IMG/VR virus record: IMGVR_UViG_3300050821_003907
Location: 117,161 to 181,160 of that record
From: a virus
Reading direction: 5' to 3' (one strand)
DNA: 64,000 nt
In this document: positions 18,396 through 27,332 of the stretch, piece after piece
How the letters are laid out: the number at the start of each line of letters is the position of its first letter
How positions within the stretch are numbered: the first letter of the stretch is position 1
The notes under the pieces: generated by a model
Told to the model about the DNA's origin: nothing
The model's input: the letters and a program-made list of their open reading frames with translations, nothing else
Database searches by the model: none
Translations under genes and position numbers: made by a program

Positions 18396-18787
18396 TAGTT
18401 GTCATTGAACTTGTCTAGCAGGTCCCTAGGGAAGTACACGAACAGGTCGTCCAGGTAGTTCTCGTGGAACCGCCAGCCTACTGGGTAAACTGCTTCCACA
18501 CCTAGCAGGTCTCGCAAGACCTGAACTCCTAGTTCACGGTTTTCTGTGCGTTCTCCCAGGAACACAACCTGAACCTTGCCATCTTCTGTGAAGTGCCCGT
18601 ACGGGTTGTACTCACAACTCCACTCGTTCCAGCGCTCACAAGAGAACCGCGTGACGATTCCTTGCTTCCACAGGGCCTTGAGCAGCTTTACCATGCCGCT
18701 GTCCACGCGAATGCGCTTGTATGGCGACCACGACGGAGCTGCGACTCTTGACTGCTCGTGTTGCCAGCCATTAATTGCTAGTGACAT
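18395..18787 (-). CDS. hypothetical protein
   Basis: GGGGAGG RBS; flanked by the duplicated motif. Confidence 0.7.
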   Translation of the reverse strand: MSLAINGWQHEQSRVAAPSWSPYKRIRVDSGMVKLLKALWKQGIVTRFSCERWNEWSCEYNPYGHFTEDGKVQVVFLGERTENRELGVQVLRDLLGVEAVYPVGWRFHENYLDDLFVYFPRDLLDKFNDN

Positions 18788-18788
18788 G

Positions 18789-18827
18789 AATCCTCCCCTA
18801 AAGCGCTATTAGTCAACAAGTGAACAG
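18789..18827. repeat. duplicated intergenic motif, copy 2; 18808-18827 is identical to 63185-63204
   Basis: ATTAGTCAACAAGTGAACAG is an exact 20-mer at both loci. Confidence 0.75.
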
Positions 18828-18971
18828 ATTAGGGTCGCCGTATCTCGATAACAAGGCGAGCCATGGGAATAATCAGCAGCAGGAACCACGGGCTGTGCGT
18901 CATGACGACCATCGTGACCATAGTCGCGTACAGGGCTACCATGAGAATCGCGCAAGCCCAGGGCTTGGTAA

Positions 18972-19214
18972 TCACATGACCTCCAGCATCATGCTCGCGA
19001 TGTCATCGCTAGACATTTTCAGCAGCATCGCCGCTACCTGCATGAGCACGCCGCTGACTGTAAGGGTTCCTCTCAGCATTTCAATGACGCGTTCAGGGTC
19101 CTCTATGAACGTGGCCAGCTTATCCCTGACGGCGCTATCGTCGTCATTGGCTATCATCAGGATAAGGCCGAGCGCTTCGCGGTCTACGGCGTCCTGGTGC
19201 TCATCATCACTCAT
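18972..19214 (-). CDS. hypothetical helical protein
   Basis: TAATG coupling. Confidence 0.6.
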   Translation of the reverse strand: MSDDEHQDAVDREALGLILMIANDDDSAVRDKLATFIEDPERVIEMLRGTLTVSGVLMQVAAMLLKMSSDDIASMMLEVM

Positions 19215-19483
19215 TAGCCCTCCAGTATCGTGAAAGAGCTACGGCGCACGTAGAGTAGCGCATTATCGCGCAACCCGAACTTACGCTCCATGCCGTCTGG
19301 CCACAGTTCGTAAGCAACGCCATCGGGCCAGTGCTCTTCGATATGAGAATCGGTCAGGTCGTATCGCTGGTGAGGGTCACAGTAACCCGAAACACGGTAA
19401 TCACCATGCGCATAGCCGATGCTGCCGTGGTAACGAACCAGTGTCTCCAGGGGGACGCGTTCTGTCATTACAAGTACTCCCAT
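19214..19483 (-). CDS. hypothetical protein
   Basis: Coupled ORF. Confidence 0.6.
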   Translation of the reverse strand: MGVLVMTERVPLETLVRYHGSIGYAHGDYRVSGYCDPHQRYDLTDSHIEEHWPDGVAYELWPDGMERKFGLRDNALLYVRRSSFTILEG

Positions 19484-19734
19484 GTGATTAGAAGGCCCTT
19501 AATACCTGACCCATGGCGCGGGCACCAGACTTTACCGTCTAGCAGTTTAGCGTGGCAGTCATCGCAAAGGAACTTAGCGGTAAGCCAGCCACAATCCGCG
19601 CATCTAGGACGAACATGATAGGTACTAGGTTTTCCGCATATCCCATCCGTCAATAGCCGAACCGGCAGATTGCAAGGCGGGACCCTGTCAAGGTCAATGC
19701 CCTCGATTGCGATTTCTTCTACAGTTGCTGTCAT
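19468..19734 (-). CDS. Cys-rich putative zinc-binding protein
   Basis: PPC...C...CADC...LCDDC...CPRH. Confidence 0.65.
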   Translation of the reverse strand: MTATVEEIAIEGIDLDRVPPCNLPVRLLTDGICGKPSTYHVRPRCADCGWLTAKFLCDDCHAKLLDGKVWCPRHGSGIKGLLITWEYL

Positions 19735-20513
19735 CAGAATCCCGTAATTGCCCTAACTGCCTTCCGCCATGACGGGTCATTAACGCGCCATTTAGGCCCG
19801 TACATAGGGTCAGGCTCAGTATTTCGCTTGATTAGGTCATGGACAGGGTTAGTGAATGGCCGGTGCGGGTCCGCTACCAGAACGGGAATACTGAATGTTT
19901 TTTCCAGCTCGTCAGTAACGTCCTTGGGCGTATCATGCACCACGAACAGGTGAGTTAGCGTGGCCTTTTCACACCGGAAGCCCTTTTCACCGATTACCAC
20001 GCGCTCGCTGCCTTCAACGCGCCCGGCGACAGGCCAGTATACGGTGCTATAGTCCCTGTCCATGTTGAAGTCAGAGTCTGTGGGCAACTGCCAGTAAGCC
20101 CAGATACCACAACCGCACGCATCAGGGTTGTCCAGTACTCGCTCACAGTTAATCATCGATGCCAAGCGAGGAGTCAGCATCATCCTGTAGTTAGGCCACG
20201 CCGAGTCATCACGCGCGCACTGAGCTTTCGTGACGGTAGAGTGCCATTTCTGGCCCCACTTTCCGTACAGCCCGTAAGAGCAGTAGCAGCCTGTTGACGG
20301 GGTATAGTCGTAACCTAGCTGCTTCAGCAACGCGTAAGAACTGTACTCCCCCATGGTGTAATGTGGGTTAATGGCGATTGGATTGGCTTTACGCGTGAGC
20401 GCACAGGACTTGCCGTGACGGCGGAAAGTCCAGGCTCGGTAGCCGATTACCTTGCCTAGTCCCATGTCCCAGTCTTCAGGCTCATGCTTCTCAGTGAAGC
20501 CGTCTAGCGGCAT
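19734..20513 (-). CDS. hypothetical protein, paralog family A (copy 2)
   Basis: IGYRAW...CGCGIWAYW...ERVVIGEKGFRCEKA. Confidence 0.8.
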   Translation of the reverse strand: MPLDGFTEKHEPEDWDMGLGKVIGYRAWTFRRHGKSCALTRKANPIAINPHYTMGEYSSYALLKQLGYDYTPSTGCYCSYGLYGKWGQKWHSTVTKAQCARDDSAWPNYRMMLTPRLASMINCERVLDNPDACGCGIWAYWQLPTDSDFNMDRDYSTVYWPVAGRVEGSERVVIGEKGFRCEKATLTHLFVVHDTPKDVTDELEKTFSIPVLVADPHRPFTNPVHDLIKRNTEPDPMYGPKWRVNDPSWRKAVRAITGF

Positions 20514-20530
20514 TACTCCCCCTCTTCGAG

Positions 20531-20968
20531 TTACTTAGCGAAAGCCTTGCAGAACTGCTTGCCAGCAGCATCGCTCAGCGCGTTGTCGGAGTACACAGTA
20601 ACCGTGTAGCCCTTGGCCGAGGTAGCCGAGCATACCGACTTGTAAGCAGTCGGGATATCGGTTACCTGCGTGACCGTGACGTGCTTCTGGCGCGTGGCAG
20701 CCTTGGTCAGCTCGTGGCACTGGGAACTAGCCGTAAGGCCGTCTACGGTGCCGTGGAAGTCCAGGTAGGCGGTAATGCCCTTGGCGGTCAGGCTCACAGC
20801 ACAGTCAGCGGCGGGAACCGTCCCGCCAGCAACGCCCACGTTGCCTAGTGTGACCTTGTGCGCCGGGCTAGCGCTGTAGCCATTGTGCTTAGCAGGACCG
20901 CACGCAGTAAGCGAGATAGCCGCGATTCCCGCGACAACGAATCCACCGATGGCAATCTTGCGGTTCAC
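20531..20968 (-). CDS. lipoprotein
   Basis: MNRK + hydrophobic stretch + LTA|C lipobox. Confidence 0.75.
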   Translation of the reverse strand: MNRKIAIGGFVVAGIAAISLTACGPAKHNGYSASPAHKVTLGNVGVAGGTVPAADCAVSLTAKGITAYLDFHGTVDGLTASSQCHELTKAATRQKHVTVTQVTDIPTAYKSVCSATSAKGYTVTVYSDNALSDAAGKQFCKAFAK

Positions 20969-21184
20969 TTCTGTCCCCTAAGCTTGTTAAGGCGCTCAAT
21001 GCGCGCCGCTCTAATCTTGTCACGACGGTACTTAGTGTGCAGTACTGATATGTCGAGTCGGCCCAGTGCAAGGTGAAACAGGTAAATCTCGCTCCAGAAG
21101 CCGAGGTAAAACCAGCCCTTGTCAATCTTTACCGGTTTCATGTCCCCTCTCGAAGCGTTAACAACATGTTGCGCCGAGTTATTC

Positions 21185-21589
21185 CTACCGGTCTGGTACA
21201 GGCGGTCCCGGTGGCACGTCACGCGACAACCACGCGTCTGAGCCGTCAGCGCCACGTCGCCAGGTCTCGCGCCCTAGCTGAGGGTCTGTGCCCTGCGGTG
21301 AAGGACCGGTAGCACGGTGCTTGCCGCTGCTGTCCACGTCTACCCACGGTTCCTCTAGGCTTTCGAGATGAGGGTCACGCCGGAACGGTCGCGGCTCAAC
21401 GTCAGCCAGGCCACGGCTGGCGTCCCTGTAATTGAGCTGGTGATGGGTAATAGCCGCAGAATCTGGCAAGAGCAAGCCAGCCTCACGCAGGGCAATTACA
21501 ATTTCTTCTGCCACCGCTTGCACGCCAGTAACGTCCATCTCCCGAAGAGTGTCACGGACAATCGCCTTGGCGATTAGGTCAATGTTCAC
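21185..21589 (-). CDS. hypothetical protein
   Basis: GTGA overlap. Confidence 0.5.
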   Translation of the reverse strand: MNIDLIAKAIVRDTLREMDVTGVQAVAEEIVIALREAGLLLPDSAAITHHQLNYRDASRGLADVEPRPFRRDPHLESLEEPWVDVDSSGKHRATGPSPQGTDPQLGRETWRRGADGSDAWLSRDVPPGPPVPDR

Positions 21590-21768
21590 GCTATCACCTT
21601 AAAATCGTGGATGAGGGTAATAGGGATGCCTACTGTGTTTTCCTTATTTCGCTCCATAATCCGGATGAGCAGGAATCCGTTGCTGAGATTCCATGAGACC
21701 ACGTTCTTGTACACGGCAGCCGCGTTGTTAGGCGGCTTAGGGAGGGGCATTACCTTAATCGTGTTCAT
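21586..21768 (-). CDS. hypothetical protein
   Basis: TAATG coupling. Confidence 0.55.
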   Translation of the reverse strand: MNTIKVMPLPKPPNNAAAVYKNVVSWNLSNGFLLIRIMERNKENTVGIPITLIHDFKVIA

Positions 21769-22529
21769 TAAACCCCTTTGTACGATTCGTACGCACTATT
21801 CAGTTCTTCGCGGGAATCAAAGAGCGGGATGTCAATCCCGGCTTGCGTAAGACCGTGAGCAGCAAGAACTCGCAGGCTAATACCTGTTAGTTTCTCAATT
21901 TCTGCCCTGATTTTTTCTTGCTGGTTCGTGCCGCCTATACGAGGCAGTACAAGAGGATTATCATCTACGAGAATGAGATTCTTGATGATTGCTTTCTCGC
22001 AGCGAAATCCCTTTTCGCCGATAATGGTGCGGCCGAATCCTTGGATGATGCCCTCTACCGGAATTTCAACTGCCAGAATAGGGCACCTGTACCAAGCAGC
22101 ATTAAGGGCTCGCACCCACTCTTCGTCACTGTAATTAGCTTTACCTGTCTCAAGACTGAGATATTCGTCACTGAGCTGGCGATGCGGGTAAATATACCAG
22201 GCTACGGAGGGTGATTCCCAGTAAGCCCAGAAACCGCACCCGCACTTTTCATCAGGGATTATCACGTCACCGTTTTCGTGCAGTACGGGAATACTTCTGG
22301 CAAGTCCGGCGGCGTTAAGAAAGTCCGAGTTGCGACTGTACTTGCACTCAGCTTGCTGGGTTCCGGAAGTCCAATTACCTCCCCAGTTACCTGTTAGCTT
22401 GAAGGTGCTTTGGTCCAGCTCGGGACTGGGATTACTCATTTCAAGTGTCCAGGAGCGGTAACCGTAAACGCTTCCCGCTGCGAAGTCCCACTCGCCATTC
22501 TCACTAAACCCGTTCATTCCGGTTGTCAC
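21768..22529 (-). CDS. hypothetical protein, paralog family A (copy 3)
   Basis: YGYRSW...CGCGFWAYW...GRTIIGEKGFRCEKA. Confidence 0.8.
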   Translation of the reverse strand: MTTGMNGFSENGEWDFAAGSVYGYRSWTLEMSNPSPELDQSTFKLTGNWGGNWTSGTQQAECKYSRNSDFLNAAGLARSIPVLHENGDVIIPDEKCGCGFWAYWESPSVAWYIYPHRQLSDEYLSLETGKANYSDEEWVRALNAAWYRCPILAVEIPVEGIIQGFGRTIIGEKGFRCEKAIIKNLILVDDNPLVLPRIGGTNQQEKIRAEIEKLTGISLRVLAAHGLTQAGIDIPLFDSREELNSAYESYKGV

Positions 22530-23432
22530 GGCAGTACCCGCTCTCCGTCTTGTCGCAGCTCGAACTGACCACCCGGATACCGGAGGGTATAGGCACCTCC
22601 CTTAGCCGTGAAGTCGATTGCGTCGATTGGCTGCCAGGTCTCCAGGAGGTCCAGCATTTCGTATACCACGTCTTCCGGAACTTGCAGAAGCGCTTTCAGG
22701 TACTCGTACATTGCAGCGTATTCCACTAGTCACCACCTGCCTTACGGTGTGCTTTCAGTTGCTCCAGCAGTTCCTTGCGCCAGGCGAACAAGATGACTTC
22801 ACAGTCTTCCAGCGCGTACAACTTGTCGTAGTAATCGTCTATAGCCGCAGAACGAGCCAGGTAGTGTTGAATGAGCTTGCCTATTAGCAGGCGCGTAGCC
22901 TCATCGTCCAGTCCTCGGGCCAAGTTAAGCAACGAGGTAGTCACGATGTCTGCATCGTCCACGGTCTGGAAAGTCTCACGCATTGGCCGGTAGCGCTCAT
23001 TCATTTACAGGACTTCCTCCAGCATGATGCCCGTAACTCGGTAGCGCTTGGCATTGCCGTAACTGTCCAGCACCTGGCGAACTCCACCTTCAAGGCGCTC
23101 GTAGACTGTCCACTCGCCGTTAGGGCCTGCGAGCCACATGAAGCCGTCTTCCTCACGACTGTCACCGGGCTTGAAAGCGCCACCGGAAAGGACTGCGTTC
23201 TTGGGGGGTGTCATTTCTGCTCCTGTATGTACTCGATGTGGGAACGCCTTAGGTAACGAGTGCAGCCATCTCGGATGACGAACTCATTACCGTAGTCAGC
23301 ACGCTCAAGGATACCCTCATAAACAAGGGCAACACGAACGCGCTTACCTTCGTAGTGCTTCAGTTCTTCGAGTGGGATGGCAGACAGGTCGTTGCACGGG
23401 CCACCCCGCTCTCGAATCCAGAATTGAGTCAC
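22526..23432 (-). other. run of four small hypothetical CDS (22526-22726, 22726-23004, 23005-23214, 23211-23432)
   Basis: Abutting or overlapping starts and stops with GGAG-type RBS. Confidence 0.6.
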
Positions 23433-23536
23433 TACACCTCCTTGCTCTTGTTCTTACTGCACTCGGCGGATAGCCAGTGAGCTTCAAGGAACATAGTGCT
23501 AATTCCACAGAAGCAGCAAATTCTCGTGGACAGCAT

Positions 23537-24367
23537 TTAGGCGACACTCTTCCGGCGAGACTTAGGCTTGCTCTCGTTCTTGGCATCGATGGTCTGCTGG
23601 ATTGCAGTCATCATGTCGGTGAACGCAGCAACGCCCTGGTCCGGAACCGCCGCATCAGCAGTAACATGCGTGGGACCGTCCTGAATCTTGGCCATGACCA
23701 GCTTCTCAAGGCGCTCAGCACTTTCGTCCTTGTGCTGCGAGAAATCAAACTCGTCATCAGACAGAGTCTCGATAAGCTGGTCAGCCAGCGAGTTTTCCTT
23801 GTCCGAGAACGTAGCGCTGGGGGCCTCAAAATCTGGCCGCGTCACGTCATTGCCCCAATGGAGCTGGGACAGAACCAGGTAGCCCTCCGCGTCCGGCGAC
23901 AGGATGGCCAGGTGAACGCTGTCGCGCATCGCGAAGCGAAGCACCCCGACCTTTCCAGCGCGCTTCAGCGCGGCGTGCAGCAGGGCGTAGCCCTTGTCAC
24001 CGCCATCACCGGGCTTGACGTGATAGGACTTGTCGATAGCCTGAGCGGGAATGTCAGACGCCTTGGCGAACGTTACTATTTCCCCGCAGTGCCGCTCATC
24101 CCCCTTGATTTCCTCTAGTTCCGAGTCCGTGAGCAGGACGTTGCCACCGGGAATCTCGAAGCCACGCCCGATGTCCTCCCAGCGAACCTCGTTAAGGTCG
24201 CCCTTCTCCCGGTCAGCCTTGGCAACACGCACGTACTCGATACGAGAGCCGTCAGACTTCCGCAGCATGTGCAGGCCGCCGTTCTTGTTGCTCGGGACTA
24301 CAGAGCCAAGCCGGACGGGCAGGGAGAAGGGACCGAAGGAAAAAACACCCTTGAATGCGGTATGCAT
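23537..24367 (-). CDS. ku: Ku DNA-end-binding protein (NHEJ)
   Basis: FKGVFSFGPFSLPVRL...GSRIEYVRV...VRWEDIGRGFE...IDKSYHVKP...YALLHAAL...RFAMRD...LHWGNDV...F...KDES. Confidence 0.95.
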   Translation of the reverse strand: MHTAFKGVFSFGPFSLPVRLGSVVPSNKNGGLHMLRKSDGSRIEYVRVAKADREKGDLNEVRWEDIGRGFEIPGGNVLLTDSELEEIKGDERHCGEIVTFAKASDIPAQAIDKSYHVKPGDGGDKGYALLHAALKRAGKVGVLRFAMRDSVHLAILSPDAEGYLVLSQLHWGNDVTRPDFEAPSATFSDKENSLADQLIETLSDDEFDFSQHKDESAERLEKLVMAKIQDGPTHVTADAAVPDQGVAAFTDMMTAIQQTIDAKNESKPKSRRKSVA

Positions 24368-24389
24368 TTAAGCTCCTTTATCTGATTAC

Positions 24390-26393
24390 TTAGTTAGCCA
24401 GTCGCATGCCGAGCGTTCGCAGCTCGCTAATCGGGTAACGGTACTCGTAACGGCCGGGGCTTCGCCTGTCGTTCTCAGCGTAGAAACTGACCATGGGGTT
24501 ACGAGCCGTGCCATTCCAGTCAACGTTAGTGACGTGGTAGCGCATGGAACCGTTGAACTGGATGATGTTCCCGATTACGGGAATCCAGGTGTTGTTAACA
24601 ACGCGCTGGTGAATCACCAGCCCCGCAGCTCCCAGCTCCGGAACTGTGCGCTCGAACTGGTAGCCCGTCCCATTCTGGACACGGAATCGCACTTCCCTGT
24701 CCCTGCCGTAAGTGCTCTCACTCGTGCCTGTCACCTCGAAAACCGTGTCGGAGTTAAGCAGGTTATCGATAACCTGCATTGCACGCGTGCACCGGAAAGT
24801 GTCTCCTGCCTCAAGAGGCGCGTCTGCGGACACCTCAGGCGCGGGCGGCGGGGCAACGTCTTCCCGGTCAGTCGGTCGCATGCCGATGCTTCGCAGTCGC
24901 GCAACACGGCGCGTCCACGAGCTGTCAGGCGCGGCAGCCGACGTAAGGCGGATGTTGGGGTTGGGCCGTCCATCGCCATCGAACACGGTAGTCTCTGGCG
25001 TGACGTGGTTCACCGTGAACACGGTGATGTCGGTCGGGTCGTTACCGGTGATGCCGTTAGGCAACTCGATAACGTCACCCTCACGCGGGGTGTAGAACTG
25101 CGGAAGCATTTGCAGTTCCTCATCAGTCGCCTTGGCAAGGCCGTTAAGGCGCATCCACCCTAGGCTACGCTCGTAAGACATTCCACCCTGCTCGGAGAAC
25201 AGGACACTAGCGTGCTCAAGGCTACTCGGCGTGCCAGAGCTGGGAACAACCTGCACGATGCGGCACGGAAGCGACGAGATGCTTTGCACCATCACGTAGT
25301 CCTCCACAGCAGGCACATATTCAGTGCTAGCGGCAACAGCTTCCGCGAATGCAAGCTCACGCTCTTCCCGCTGCGCTTCAGAGCGCTCGTTCATGATTCG
25401 GGTAGTCTCAGCCGCCAGGTTACGCGACTGCCGGACCATGTTCGTGAAGATAGCGGGAGCAGGGTTGATTGAACGCGCAGCGCGAGACAGGTTCTCTCGC
25501 ACGCCCCGGACAATGTACTTGCAGTCTTCAATAGTAGTCGTGGTGATTTCCTCTTCCCGCAGGTAGCCAGCGGCCTCCCGGAGGGAGTTAAGCGCCCGGT
25601 CCATCTGGGTGATTGCAGAGTCAACCTGCTGACGCACTTCGCGCTTACGGTCGTCAAGGTCAATCTTAAGTCGCTCGACAAGGGTTGGCTGAACGGCAAG
25701 ACGGGGCATCTCATTTCCTTCCGGGTAGTAGTTGACATCCCACGACAGGTTAAGTCGGGTACTAGGCGTAATTGCTGTTGTGTTGCTACTGTACGCGTTT
25801 ATGTAGGGAGCGCAGTCAACGCGACCGATTGGGGCTGGAACGTGGTCGTCACCGGAATGGTCCCGGTAAACCGTACCCCCGCTATTGCGGAGACGGCCAC
25901 CCCGAAACATAGGACGAGGCTGAATGTACGAATAGCGGTTAGGGTCTGGAGGGGGAGGATAGTCGTTGTTTCCAGTAACGTCGTTACTGGAAACGCGCCA
26001 TTCAGGGTTGCAGTTACTAAAACTCCACGAATTGGCACTCCCTATTGGCTCAGACTGGTTACGACCTGTAGTAGGAAGCCCTAGCCTTTCCCGTACTTCG
26101 TCAATGCTGTGCAGGCTAGGGCTATCCGGGATACTGATATTGAGCAGGCGGTCCCGCAGTTCAATCTGCTCCGGAGTTAGCGGCAGCACATCAGTAGGGG
26201 AAAGTGGCGGGTATTCCCCTTGCGGGATAAAGTCATTGAAGTTCCACTCCTGCGGAGACGGTCCAGGCTCAACGGGTTCAATGAGCTCGTCAGCGTTAAG
26301 ACGCTCTCGCAGGTTATTCAGTGCTTCAAGCGTCTCCTGGTAGCGCTCATCGTTTTCATCGAAAAGGAACTCTCTGCTAGAGTTATTCGGCAT
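24390..26393 (-). CDS. 667-aa orphan protein: Pro-rich N-terminus, coiled coil, four C-terminal repeat modules
   Basis: Long ORF with GGAGG RBS; repeats P-x-x-G-D-x-(V/I)...(L/W)R-x-x-G-(L/M). Confidence 0.8.
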   Translation of the reverse strand: MPNNSSREFLFDENDERYQETLEALNNLRERLNADELIEPVEPGPSPQEWNFNDFIPQGEYPPLSPTDVLPLTPEQIELRDRLLNISIPDSPSLHSIDEVRERLGLPTTGRNQSEPIGSANSWSFSNCNPEWRVSSNDVTGNNDYPPPPDPNRYSYIQPRPMFRGGRLRNSGGTVYRDHSGDDHVPAPIGRVDCAPYINAYSSNTTAITPSTRLNLSWDVNYYPEGNEMPRLAVQPTLVERLKIDLDDRKREVRQQVDSAITQMDRALNSLREAAGYLREEEITTTTIEDCKYIVRGVRENLSRAARSINPAPAIFTNMVRQSRNLAAETTRIMNERSEAQREERELAFAEAVAASTEYVPAVEDYVMVQSISSLPCRIVQVVPSSGTPSSLEHASVLFSEQGGMSYERSLGWMRLNGLAKATDEELQMLPQFYTPREGDVIELPNGITGNDPTDITVFTVNHVTPETTVFDGDGRPNPNIRLTSAAAPDSSWTRRVARLRSIGMRPTDREDVAPPPAPEVSADAPLEAGDTFRCTRAMQVIDNLLNSDTVFEVTGTSESTYGRDREVRFRVQNGTGYQFERTVPELGAAGLVIHQRVVNNTWIPVIGNIIQFNGSMRYHVTNVDWNGTARNPMVSFYAENDRRSPGRYEYRYPISELRTLGMRLAN

Positions 26394-26555
26394 CGCTCAC
26401 CTCCAGGTCAAATTTCTCGTCGCGACCGCACGTGACGCACGCGCCAATCAAGTACTCCTTGAATCCCGCACTGCCCGCATTACGAACGTCCTTGCCCATT
26501 GACGCCCATGCGTGGCGCCTTTCCTTCTTGGGCAGGTCACTACGGTTACCGCAGG

Positions 26556-27011
26556 TTACGGGTGCCGGTTGCGAAAGCGGGAAGTGATTGAGGTCCACCA
26601 TGATGAACGAGGCTTTTCGCTTGCTGATGGCACTTCTCCTTCCGGCTCAGGTTCTGGTTGCGGCTCGGGGTCTGGATACTCGCGATGACTAGCGATAATT
26701 TCCACGGCTCCGTCATAACGGTTCTTGCCGACAAGAAATACAGGTGCCTCTACAGGAATGCCCAGCAGGTTCAAGAACTCTGCCTTGCTGAATTCCCATG
26801 TCTCGTGGGAATTAGCTTGTATCTCCCGGCCCCAGGCATCCTTGGTCTTATTGGTCTTCACGTTGACGTGAACGATGAACTTCTGCGCGCAAGACTGCCA
26901 GGTCACGTCAAAGAAAGGCGTTCCAGCAGGCATGCCCAGTCGCTTGACAAAATCCTGATTGGAGAACGTCCACTTATCATGCGCCCACTTATTGACCTTG
27001 TGCTCAGGCAC
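26556..27011 (-). CDS. hypothetical protein with internal duplication
   Basis: KWTFSNQDFVKRLGMP vs TWEFSKAEFLNLLGIP. Confidence 0.65.
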   Translation of the reverse strand: MPEHKVNKWAHDKWTFSNQDFVKRLGMPAGTPFFDVTWQSCAQKFIVHVNVKTNKTKDAWGREIQANSHETWEFSKAEFLNLLGIPVEAPVFLVGKNRYDGAVEIIASHREYPDPEPQPEPEPEGEVPSASEKPRSSWWTSITSRFRNRHP

Positions 27012-27225
27012 TGCTATTCCTGTTCACGAATTCTTCGACCTTACCAACTAGCGCGAAGTCCTCGATATTGAACAGGTCAGGTCCCATCGTCCCTGGCGGT
27101 CCCATCACATTCACGAGTAGCTGTCCGAGCCGCATTGCAGGCTGCTTTTTCCACGCCAGTTCCAGCCTGCGCATTGCTCGCTCTTTGTCACGTTCTGTTG
27201 CGGCACGCTGGTATATGTACGGCAT
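27004..27225 (-). CDS. small conserved phage protein
   Basis: AWKKQPAMRLGQLL...DLFNIED pattern; GGAGG RBS. Confidence 0.65.
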   Translation of the reverse strand: MPYIYQRAATERDKERAMRRLELAWKKQPAMRLGQLLVNVMGPPGTMGPDLFNIEDFALVGKVEEFVNRNSSA

Positions 27226-27332
27226 TTAATCCTCCATGCGAAGAAGGTGAGCAAGGAAACCTCGCTGGGTTCCAGAGAACTCACTGTTCTCGTCTGCCTG
27301 TTGCAGTGCGGCGTCCAGCTCTTCGTCATTCA

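Noticed and set aside
16752-22529. Paralog family A as a diversity-generating retroelement TR/VR set
   Set aside because: No reverse transcriptase in the window, and similarity is at protein-block level rather than adenine-specific near-identity
23477-25163. Long + strand ORFs (23477..24118, 24534..25163; likewise 1394..1996, 33238..33954, 11387..11920)
   Set aside because: Antisense shadows of well-supported minus-strand genes in GC-rich DNA; no RBS or motifs
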